From: Chloroflexi bacterium UBA5189
Lineage (GTDB): Bacteria > Chloroflexota > Limnocylindria > Limnocylindrales > CSP1-4
Length of the DNA: 64,000 nucleotides
Direction: 5' to 3'
Assembly (NCBI GenBank): GCA_002413045.1
Contig: DHWF01000031.1
Span: forward strand, 149,241-213,240
The translations under genes were made by a program, and so were the position numbers. Within the stretch, counting starts at the first letter, position 1. Each line of letters begins with the position of its first letter. The notes beneath the pieces are model-generated. The model did no database searches and was not told the origin of the DNA. It saw nothing but the letters and a program-made list of their open reading frames with translations. Of the stretch, positions 44,861 to 52,654 are shown in pieces.

Positions 44861-45068
44861 GAATGTTCCGGTGGGCTACAAACTCGACGAGCTTGCGGCT
44901 TCCCGAGGCCCCGCCCCCGCTCAAGCTGGGCGATTTGTTCCGCGTGGCGACAGGATCGACGAGGATGCGCCGGAATCGGGACCGTCGGTAGCCCTCAGAT
45001 TGCCGCGCGCCACGCGATGTCGTCGCGTTTGTATCCCAGGGCAACAATCTGCGGCTCGGCGGAGAGCC
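44861..45068 (+). repeat. Copy 2 of the diverged ~210-bp repeat (ORF broken)
   Basis: GAATGTTCCGGTGGGCTACAAACTCGACGA..ACAGGATCGACGAGGAT..GTCGCGTTTGTATCC..AGGGCAACAATCT. Same first 9 codons MFRWATNST, then frame lost, stop after 42 codons. Confidence 0.7.
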
Positions 45069-45072
45069 GGAG

Positions 45073-45588
45073 CTAGGCGACGGGGGTGGATGCCTCCTGG
45101 GCGAGGAGGCGAGCACCGGGGAAGAAGTGGCCCAGCATCAGCGTCGAGGTCACGCGATCGACGGCGTACCGGTTCACGTGGATGTACGGCCGCGCGGCGG
45201 TCGGGGCGCTGTCGTGGGTCACGAGCTCGATCGTGACGTCGCTCAGGCCGACGAACGAGCCGCTCGGGCGGGCGATGGCGCGGGCGGGGTCGAAGCCGGG
45301 GTGCGTCGCGAGCCGGCCGGAGACGCGATACGGCCCGACGTCGAGCGAAACCGAGTACCAGGCCATGTGGATCTTGAGCTCCGGCTCGGCCGTGACGATG
45401 AGCAGGATGTCGTCGGGGGCGACCGTGACGCTGCCGCGATGTGCAGCGCGGGACCCGTCGAGGGGATACCAGCGGACGTCCTCGATCGTGAACGGGCCGG
45501 CCAGATCCGGGCCGTCGTTGGTCAGCGGGATGCGGCTTGACGTCCCGACGAGCACCCCCGCCGGCGTGAAGATCTCGACCGCTGCCAC
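45073..45588 (-). CDS. Hypothetical protein
   Basis: 171-aa ORF with balanced, beta-rich composition. No motif recognised. Divergent from the GreA-fusion gene. Confidence 0.6.
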   Translation of the reverse strand: MAAVEIFTPAGVLVGTSSRIPLTNDGPDLAGPFTIEDVRWYPLDGSRAAHRGSVTVAPDDILLIVTAEPELKIHMAWYSVSLDVGPYRVSGRLATHPGFDPARAIARPSGSFVGLSDVTIELVTHDSAPTAARPYIHVNRYAVDRVTSTLMLGHFFPGARLLAQEASTPVA

Positions 45589-45686
45589 GACTCCCCCCGA
45601 AGCGTTCCCGCAGGATGTCGCGCGGGCGCGCGAACGCGAACCACCCGCCGGTACCGACTTGCAGGTCCGGTGGTACCGTCCGGCCG

Positions 45687-46982
45687 GTGACTCCCACCCA
45701 CCCCGGCGCGGCCGATCTCATTCGATCGATCGGCCTCCTTGCCGACGGCCCCGTTCGCTGGGGCGCCACGGTCCCCGCGCGGCGAGGCGGCGTCTACGTC
45801 GTGGAGCTCGGGGTGCCGCTGCCGCAGGCGCCCGTCGAGATGACCCGCGTCGGCAAGTGGCTCGAGACGGTCCCCGGGCTCCGCCTCGACGGCGAACCCC
45901 CGACGTCGAAGGCACTCCATGCCCGGCTCCTGTCCCTGTGGTGGCCGGATGCGACGGTGCTGTACGCCGGTGCCACCGCCGGCTCGATCGGCGGCCGGGT
46001 CGCCGCGCTCCTGGCGCACGTACCCGGCGAGCGCCAGCCGCACGCGGACGGCCAGTGGCTCCACCTCCTGCGCAACCTCGATGGGATCGGCCTCCGGATC
46101 TGGTGGGCCGAGACGAAGGCGCCCGAGGAATCGCTCGACGCCCTGTTCGATGCCTTCGGCGCGGCCACCGGCCTCCAGCCCATGCCCGGCCGGCCCGCCG
46201 GCGCCCTCGCGCTGCCCTGGGCCAACACCCGCCGCCCCACCGGTGAGCGGCAGGCGCATGGGATCGTTGGCGCCATCCTGCCCGAGGCGCCGAAGGCTCC
46301 CGAGCCGCCGCGACACGTGGTCGAGGTAGCGCCCGGGGACGCGGAGGGCGCGTGGGCCGAGGATCGCGGCGACGTCACGACCCGACGCGGGCCAAGCGGC
46401 GCGTCGCCCGCGCGGACACGTTCAACACGCCCTGCAGCCCGGCCGGCCCCGGGTCCGCAGCGCGCCCCGGCCGTCGCCCGGTCGTCCACCGGTGCTCGGG
46501 TCGTCCGCGGCTCGCGCGCCGCCGCGCCGGAGCCGATCCAGCTGTCCAAGGGTGCCCTCGACCGGATGACCACGGAGCTGGACGAGCTGACGCGCGTCAA
46601 GCGCCGCGAGGTGGTCGCCCGCATCAAGTCCGCGCGCGAGCACGGCGATCTCAAGGAGAACGCGGAGTACCACGCGGCGCGCGAGGAGCAGTCGTTCCTG
46701 GAGGGCCGGGTGCAGGCCCTGGAGGACCGCATTCGGCGCGCCGTCGTCGTTGACGAGGTCGCCACGGGCAAGGTCATCATCGGCTCGAAGGTCATCGTCG
46801 AGATCGGCGGCGACGAGCTCGAGTACACGATCGTCGGCAGCGCGGAGGCGGATCCGGCGAAGGGTCGGCTGAGCATGGCCTCGCCGGTCGGTGCGGCGCT
46901 CCTCGGGGCCGTCGCCGGCGCCGAGGTCGACGTTCGAACGCCGCGCGGCGCGGTTCGCTACAAGGTGCTCTCGGTCGATTAG
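45687..46982 (+). CDS. greA: GreA-type transcript-cleavage factor domain fused to an N-terminal GIY-YIG-like domain through an Arg/Pro/Ala-rich linker
   Basis: C-terminal 155 aa is canonical GreA (ARIKSAREHGDLKENAEYHAAREEQSFLEGR...GKVIIGSKV...GRLSMASPVGAALLG). One uninterrupted frame from 45615. N-terminal GVYVVE...VLYAGATAGSIGGRVAALLAH. Start GTG 45687 or 45615. Confidence 0.7.
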   Translation: MTPTHPGAADLIRSIGLLADGPVRWGATVPARRGGVYVVELGVPLPQAPVEMTRVGKWLETVPGLRLDGEPPTSKALHARLLSLWWPDATVLYAGATAGSIGGRVAALLAHVPGERQPHADGQWLHLLRNLDGIGLRIWWAETKAPEESLDALFDAFGAATGLQPMPGRPAGALALPWANTRRPTGERQAHGIVGAILPEAPKAPEPPRHVVEVAPGDAEGAWAEDRGDVTTRRGPSGASPARTRSTRPAARPAPGPQRAPAVARSSTGARVVRGSRAAAPEPIQLSKGALDRMTTELDELTRVKRREVVARIKSAREHGDLKENAEYHAAREEQSFLEGRVQALEDRIRRAVVVDEVATGKVIIGSKVIVEIGGDELEYTIVGSAEADPAKGRLSMASPVGAALLGAVAGAEVDVRTPRGAVRYKVLSVD

Positions 46983-47521
46983 GGCCGCGGCAGGCCGGCG
47001 ACGAACGCCGCGACGCGGTCGAGCACGTCGGGGAGCACGGGTTTCATCGTGTGGCCGAGGCGCGGATACGTCACCAGCTCGGCGTGGGGCAGGCGCTTGA
47101 CGGCGGCGCGGAGCAGGTCGAGCCGGGCGAATGGGTCGGCCTCGCCGGACAGCAGCAGGACCGGGCACGTGATGTCGGGGAAGTGGGCCGTCCGCTCGGC
47201 GGCTCGATCGACCCGGCCCGGCGGATGGACCGGAAAGCAGAACAGGACCAGGCCGGCGTAGCTCGCGCCCGCCGCTGCCGCGAGGGTCGACACGCGGCCG
47301 CCGTAGGATTGGCCGCCGGCCACCGTGCCGGCGCCGTCCGGCACCACGGAGCGCCAGACAGGGACCGCGTCCTCGGCTTTGCGGACCGGGAGGTCGACGG
47401 CGTCCGCGAGCAACCCTCGCGTCCGGAGGCCGTCGACGAACGGCGCCATGGTCGCGGCGTTGCCGCTCGCCCCATGCCCAAGGTAGATGTGCAGCGGCGA
47501 GGCGGCCGCCGTGCCGGCCAC
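46979..47521 (-). CDS. Alpha/beta hydrolase (dienelactone-hydrolase/KANL3-like)
   Basis: GQSYGGRV nucleophile elbow. LLLSGEADPF. C-terminal His (GHTM). GTG 47521 is 1 nt after the permease stop. Confidence 0.75.
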   Translation of the reverse strand: MAGTAAASPLHIYLGHGASGNAATMAPFVDGLRTRGLLADAVDLPVRKAEDAVPVWRSVVPDGAGTVAGGQSYGGRVSTLAAAAGASYAGLVLFCFPVHPPGRVDRAAERTAHFPDITCPVLLLSGEADPFARLDLLRAAVKRLPHAELVTYPRLGHTMKPVLPDVLDRVAAFVAGLPRP

Positions 47522-47522
47522 G

Positions 47523-48365
47523 CTACAGCTCGCGACGGCGGAGCTGGTTGACCGCGAGCGCGAGGACGAGCGTGACCCAGATCACGCTCCAGATCACGAT
47601 CGTGATCGGCGGCGGCGCGTCGGCATAGAAGGGCGACTGCGCAGCGAAGGTGTCCCCGACCAGCGTTCGCACGAGCGGCGGCTCGAGGCCGAATACGACG
47701 CCCTGCCAGAGCGCGTCGGTGGGCAGCAGGTAATGGAGCGCGTCGCCCACGCCGACGAGTGCGCCGGTCCCGAGCGCGATCCCGATCTTGCCGAGCACGC
47801 CGGCCATCCATGCGAGCCCATAGGCGACGACCGCGATCGCACCGCCGGCGATCGGGGGCAGCCGCGTCGAGAGGAGGACGGTCAGCGACAGGAGCACGAT
47901 CGCCTGGCCGGCGAGGTAGGCGATCGGCATGATCGGGTCCGGTGGCGTGTAGCCGGAGACCGCACCCACCGCGAAGATTGCGAGAAACCCGGCGACCACG
48001 GCATACCCGACGATGACGACCGCGAGCCCGAGCCAGCGACCGATCAGGTACGAGGACCGGCGCAGCGGTCGCGCGAGCATCGCCTGGGCAACGCCGCTCT
48101 CGAGATCGGTGGCGATCGCCGGCGAGCCGAAGAACGCGGCGGTCATCACCAGCACGAATCCGAACATGAACGCGATGAAGATCAGGATCTGCGACACGGC
48201 GAACTTGATCGCGAGGTCGCCGAGGCCGCGGTCCCGCGCGCCCTGGATCAGCGTGGCGACGCCAAATGTGGTGATCCCGACCGCGAGCAGCGCGAGAATC
48301 ACGAGGACCCACAGCACGCGCCGGCGGGCGGCCTCGCCGATGGTGAGCTTGGCGATGGTGATCAT
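47523..48365 (-). CDS. ABC-2-type transporter permease
   Basis: MITIAKLTIGEAARRRVLWVLVILALL and six hydrophobic segments. Downstream of the ATPase gene. Confidence 0.8.
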   Translation of the reverse strand: MITIAKLTIGEAARRRVLWVLVILALLAVGITTFGVATLIQGARDRGLGDLAIKFAVSQILIFIAFMFGFVLVMTAAFFGSPAIATDLESGVAQAMLARPLRRSSYLIGRWLGLAVVIVGYAVVAGFLAIFAVGAVSGYTPPDPIMPIAYLAGQAIVLLSLTVLLSTRLPPIAGGAIAVVAYGLAWMAGVLGKIGIALGTGALVGVGDALHYLLPTDALWQGVVFGLEPPLVRTLVGDTFAAQSPFYADAPPPITIVIWSVIWVTLVLALAVNQLRRREL

Positions 48366-48378
48366 CTGGGCCGCCGCG

Positions 48379-49335
48379 TCATCGAAGCCATTGCGCGCTG
48401 GGCGTGCCAGCCGGCGGCCGGTCCCGAGAGACGAGGGCCAGGAAGCGCTGCTCCAGCGAGATCCGTCCCGAACGGACCTCGTGAACCTTGGCGCCCATCG
48501 ACACGAGCAGGGCGACGAGATCCGGCACGCGCGCCTCGTCCATCGGGCGGACCGCGAGCAGGTCCCCGAGCAGCGTCGGCGGGCCGAACGGCTCGATTGC
48601 GGCGAGATCGCTCGAGCTGAGGCCGGTCACCCGGATCTGGGTCTCCGCCTTTCCGAGCACGTCGTCGAGGTCGCCGCTGGCGACGACGCGGCCGTGATCG
48701 ATGATCGCGACCCGATCGCAGACCTGCTCGACCTCGCTCAGGAGGTGCGAGTTCAGGAAGACGGCGGCGCCGCGGTCTGCGGCCGCCCGGACGATGCCGC
48801 GCACATCGACGCGACCGACCGGATCGAGGGCCGAGGTCGGCTCGTCGAGAACGATGAGTGCCGGCTCGCCGAGCAGGGCCGTGCCGAGCCCGAGCCGCTG
48901 CTGCATGCCCTTCGAGAACTTGCCGACCGTCTCGCCTGCCTTGTCGGCGAGGCCGACGATCCCGAGCGCCTCGTCAGCCGCGGTCCCGCGGCGGGCTCCC
49001 GGCAGCCCGATGAGCTCGCCGTGCAGCGTCAGCACCTCGCGAGCCTTGAGCCAGGGCTGGTAGCGGAACAGCTCGGGCAGGTAGCCGATCTTGCGACGGG
49101 TCGTCAGGTCGCCCATCGGGGCGCCGAGGACCTTGCCGGTGCCGCTGGTCGGCCGGGCGAGGCCCAGCAGGAGCTTGACCGTGGTCGTCTTGCCGGCGCC
49201 GTTGGGCCCGAGGAATCCGAAGACCTCGCCGCGCCCGACGGTCATGGTGAGCCCGGCCAGGGCATCGACCTGGCCGTAGCGCTTCCTCAGATCGGTCACC
49301 TCGATCGCGGGCAGGTCGAGCGAGACGCGGGGCAT
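48379..49335 (-). CDS. ABC transporter ATP-binding protein (ABC-2 subfamily)
   Basis: Walker A GPNGAGKTT, signature FSKGMQQR, Walker B LIVLDEPTSALD. Start ATG 49335 or 49356. Confidence 0.9.
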   Translation of the reverse strand: MPRVSLDLPAIEVTDLRKRYGQVDALAGLTMTVGRGEVFGFLGPNGAGKTTTVKLLLGLARPTSGTGKVLGAPMGDLTTRRKIGYLPELFRYQPWLKAREVLTLHGELIGLPGARRGTAADEALGIVGLADKAGETVGKFSKGMQQRLGLGTALLGEPALIVLDEPTSALDPVGRVDVRGIVRAAADRGAAVFLNSHLLSEVEQVCDRVAIIDHGRVVASGDLDDVLGKAETQIRVTGLSSSDLAAIEPFGPPTLLGDLLAVRPMDEARVPDLVALLVSMGAKVHEVRSGRISLEQRFLALVSRDRPPAGTPSAQWLR

Positions 49336-49387
49336 GCAAAGCATCGTGACAGACAAGCTGGCACGCCGTCAGTGCAACTTTCGGGTC

Positions 49388-49525
49388 ATGATCGAGATCG
49401 AGCTTCCGTGCTGCGGGACTGCGACGCACATTGACGAGCTGGCGGATGTCGTCGGCTGCGAGACGTGCGGCGTCGTCCTGGAGCTGGACCCGCCCACCGC
49501 CGAGGCGCTCCCCGTCGCTGCATAG
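49388..49525 (+). CDS. Possible 45-aa Cys-rich (CC...CxxC) small protein
   Basis: MIEIELPCCGTATHIDELADVVGCETCGVVLELD, zinc-ribbon-like spacing. Followed by hairpin CCGGGAG...CTCCCGG. Weak support. Confidence 0.3.
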   Translation: MIEIELPCCGTATHIDELADVVGCETCGVVLELDPPTAEALPVAA

Positions 49526-49570
49526 TTCTGGCATTCCCGGGAGGGTCCCCGAACGGGTGCTCCCGGTGGC

Positions 49571-49576
49571 TAGGAT
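49571..49576 (+). promoter_or_regulatory. -10-like TAGGAT positioned for a leaderless aldolase mRNA
   Basis: TAGGAT ends 6 nt before ATG 49583. No Shine-Dalgarno sequence in between. Confidence 0.3.
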
Positions 49577-49582
49577 TGCGCG

Positions 49583-50326
49583 ATGGCGCCCCGCTCCGCT
49601 GCCCCACTCGAGGAGATCGCCCGCCTGCGTGCCGCGATCGTCGCGGGCGGACGTCGCCTCGGCGCGCGCGGCCTGATCTCGGCCAGCGAGGGCAACATCA
49701 GCGCGCGGCTCGCGGACGGCTCGCTGCTGATCATGCCGTCCGGTCGTCGAAAGGACGAGCTCGAGCCGGACGACATTCTCGCGGTAGGCCTCGAGCCGAA
49801 CGGCCCCGACGATCCGACACATGCCGTCGGCGCACGTCCCGCGAAAGCCGGCCCGAAGCCGAGCAGCGACATCGCGATCCACCGCGCCATCTACGCCGCA
49901 CGCGCGGACGTGCTGGCCGTCGTCCATGCGCATCTGCCCGCAGCAATGGCACTGACCCTGGCCGGCGAGGTGCCGGACCCCGCCGCCCTCCCGGAGACGA
50001 CGCTGCTCCTGCCTCGCCTCCCGTTCGTGCCGTTCGCGACCCCGGGCAGTGCCGAGCTCGCTGGGCGGGTCGTTGCGGCGTTCGCGACCGGCGACGCGCC
50101 ACTCCCGGGCGCAGTGCTCCTCGAGCGCCATGGGGCAGTGGCGGTCGGGGAGACCGTCGACCAGGCGGTGAACCGGCTCGAGCTGGTTGAGGTCCTGTGC
50201 CGGACGTGGCGTGATGCGCTGCTGATCCGCGCGGCCGTGGCGAGTGCCGGACCGCGGGCTATCCTTCGCCCGTCGAGCCCCAGCCCAGGGATGCCGGCGC
50301 GAGGGAGGACTCCAGAACAGCCATGA
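49583..50326 (+). CDS. Class II aldolase/adducin-family protein
   Basis: SASEGNISARL, IMPSG, IHRAIYAARADVLAVVHAH. ATGA overlap with the next gene. Confidence 0.85.
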   Translation: MAPRSAAPLEEIARLRAAIVAGGRRLGARGLISASEGNISARLADGSLLIMPSGRRKDELEPDDILAVGLEPNGPDDPTHAVGARPAKAGPKPSSDIAIHRAIYAARADVLAVVHAHLPAAMALTLAGEVPDPAALPETTLLLPRLPFVPFATPGSAELAGRVVAAFATGDAPLPGAVLLERHGAVAVGETVDQAVNRLELVEVLCRTWRDALLIRAAVASAGPRAILRPSSPSPGMPARGRTPEQP

Positions 50327-51099
50327 ACGTCCGCGCGCTCGCCGCCGAGGCCATCGGCACCTTCATCCTCGTCCTGATGGGATCCCTCGGGGTTGCCACG
50401 GCCATCATCGCAACGGGCGGCCAGGATCCCACGGTCATCATCCTCATCATCGTGCCGTTCGCCTTCGGGCTTGGCCTGCTGGCCGCCATCGCCATCGCCG
50501 GCGAGACCTCGGGCGGGCACTTCAACCCGGCGGTCACCCTCGCGGCGCTGTTCGACAGCCGGCTCGGCTGGGTCGACGCCATCGGCTACGTCATCGCCCA
50601 GGTCTTTGGCGCCGTTGCGGCCTCGCTCACCATCCGCCTCGTGCTGACCCAGAACTTCGTGGCCGCGACCGTGAATCGCGCCGGCAATACCGCCGCCGAC
50701 GCGACGACGGCGCAGATCCACGCATTCGCGACCGAAGTCCTGCTGACCACGATCTTCATCGCGGTGATCCTGACGGTGACGAAAAGGGCGCCGAGCGCCG
50801 CCATCTTCGTGATCCCGCTGACCCTCGTCGCGATCCACTACGCGGGCATCCTCATCAGCGGCGCCTCGGTGAACCCGGCTCGGTCGCTTGGGCCGGCCGT
50901 CGTCTCCGGCGACTACGACGGGCTGTGGGTCTACGTCACCGCCCCGTTCGCCGGCTCGATCATCGGCTGGGGCATCTATCGCCTCTTCAATTCGCCCGAT
51001 GATGACGTCGACGAGCTCGACGAGGCGGACGACGACGATCTCGACGATCTCGACGACCTAGACGACCTGGATGACCAGCTGAGCGACGCCCAGGGCTGA
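50323..51099 (+). CDS. MIP-family channel (aquaporin/glycerol facilitator) with acidic repeat tail
   Basis: Two NPA boxes (SGGHFNPAVT, SGASVNPARS). C-terminus DDDVDELDEADDDDLDDLDDLDDLDDQ. Confidence 0.9.
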   Translation: MNVRALAAEAIGTFILVLMGSLGVATAIIATGGQDPTVIILIIVPFAFGLGLLAAIAIAGETSGGHFNPAVTLAALFDSRLGWVDAIGYVIAQVFGAVAASLTIRLVLTQNFVAATVNRAGNTAADATTAQIHAFATEVLLTTIFIAVILTVTKRAPSAAIFVIPLTLVAIHYAGILISGASVNPARSLGPAVVSGDYDGLWVYVTAPFAGSIIGWGIYRLFNSPDDDVDELDEADDDDLDDLDDLDDLDDQLSDAQG

Positions 51100-51130
51100 C
51101 GCCGGGGCTGCCGGCTGCGCTCGCGGCGGC

Positions 51131-52654
51131 TCAGGCGGCGGAGGCGCCCGCGGTCACGCGGTTGAGGATCGTGCCGAGCGCCCGCTTGTACGGCAGGCCG
51201 TCGAAGTCGTTGAGCGGGTCCACCTCGAGCGGGTATTCCTCGGTCTTGCCGTCGAACCGGGTGTAGACGACCGGGTAGATTGTCGCCCCATCGGATTCCA
51301 CGGTCATCGCGACCGCGTCCGGGCCGCCGCCATCGAGGAAGCGGGTCAGGGGCATGATCCCCTCGTCGCGCACGCCGGTGTCGGGATCAAGGCTGACGAC
51401 ACTCGCGAGGTAGGCCTTCTGGTGCCATAGCTCCGGCGCGTACGTCGCCTCGGCGAGGAGGTAATCCCGCAGGTCCCCGATCTTGATCTCCGGCCGATCC
51501 ATCTCGATCCCGAAGTGCCGCTCGGCGATCTCGCGGACGAGCACCCGGGCGTTGTAGCGGGACCCCTGAACGGCGCCGGAGTTGGCCGGGATGCCGTGCT
51601 TCTTCAGGCCCGCGGCTCCCTGGCCGATCGTGCCGGCGAAGAAGATGCCGGGGACGCTCGCGCTCTCCCAGAAATCCGTCTGGGCGGGCAGCTTGGACTG
51701 GCCGAAGGTGGCCACGCCGAGGGCCGGCAGGTCGCGCAGCGGACAGACGAACCCGGTCGCCGAGATGACCTCGTCCGCCTCCACGTGCATCGGCATCGCG
51801 TTGTCGCTGCGCTCGAGCTCGACGAGCAGCGCGCCCGAGGACGAGCGGCTGATGCCCTTGATGCTGGCCGCCAGGATGTCGACGCCGCCGCCGAGGATCG
51901 AGTCCTCGAACGGCTGCACGTAGCGAGCCCGCACGCCGACGAGCGAGCGCGTCTCGATCGAGGTCTTGGCAGGCTTCGGTGACGCAAGTGAGATTCGGCT
52001 CGCCCACTGGAGCAGGCCGGTCGCGAGCTCGAAGCCCGAGTTCTGCTTGCCGATGATGAACAGCCGCTTGCCGGCGTACGACTCAGCCGCCCGGGTGTCC
52101 GCGTAGTGCACCGCGAGCTCGATGCCGGGCGTGGGCGGGTTCCACGGCTCGGCCACGCCGACGGCGAAGATCGCGTACCGGCAGCGGTACTCACCGTCGC
52201 TGGTCGTCAGGATGAAGCGGTCGCCATCGGCGGTCTCCTCGCGCCGCGTCGCTTCCCAGCGGCAGCCGTACCGGATCTGGAGGCCGGCACGATCGGCGAA
52301 CGCCGTGAGCTGGGCTTCCATCTCCGGCCGTGACGGGAAGTCCGACGAGCCATCCATGAACTCGGCAGCGAGGCTGCGCAGCTCCGGCTCCCGCGCCAGG
52401 AGGCTGTTCCAGTCCCAGCGCTCGAAGGCGCGCGAGGTTTTCTCGGCAGGCGCGTACGGCTTGGTCCACGACAGGAGGCGCTGGAAGAAGGGCCACTTCC
52501 GGAACATGCCGCCCGGCCCGGAGTCCGCGGAGATGACCGCGTGCTCGATGCCGCGCCGCCCCAGGAAGTAGGAGGTCTGCAGCGCGCCGGGCCCCGACCC
52601 GACGACGACGATCGGGTACTCGCCGGGCGGATACGGCTGCGCGGTGTCCGTCAT
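51131..52654 (-). CDS. FAD/NAD(P)-binding oxidoreductase (flavin monooxygenase-like)
   Basis: N-terminal dinucleotide fold VVVGSGPGALQTSYFL. Second fold FIIGKQNSGFELA. Confidence 0.8.
   Translation of the reverse strand: MTDTAQPYPPGEYPIVVVGSGPGALQTSYFLGRRGIEHAVISADSGPGGMFRKWPFFQRLLSWTKPYAPAEKTSRAFERWDWNSLLAREPELRSLAAEFMDGSSDFPSRPEMEAQLTAFADRAGLQIRYGCRWEATRREETADGDRFILTTSDGEYRCRYAIFAVGVAEPWNPPTPGIELAVHYADTRAAESYAGKRLFIIGKQNSGFELATGLLQWASRISLASPKPAKTSIETRSLVGVRARYVQPFEDSILGGGVDILAASIKGISRSSSGALLVELERSDNAMPMHVEADEVISATGFVCPLRDLPALGVATFGQSKLPAQTDFWESASVPGIFFAGTIGQGAAGLKKHGIPANSGAVQGSRYNARVLVREIAERHFGIEMDRPEIKIGDLRDYLLAEATYAPELWHQKAYLASVVSLDPDTGVRDEGIMPLTRFLDGGGPDAVAMTVESDGATIYPVVYTRFDGKTEEYPLEVDPLNDFDGLPYKRALGTILNRVTAGASAA

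Noticed and set aside
40836-45068. Classical IS element, composite transposon or prophage defined by the inverted repeats.
   Set aside because: No transposase, integrase, recombinase, phage structural gene or tRNA attachment site lies between or next to the repeats. The repeats are diverged (roughly two-thirds identical by eye) and I could not identify target-site duplications.
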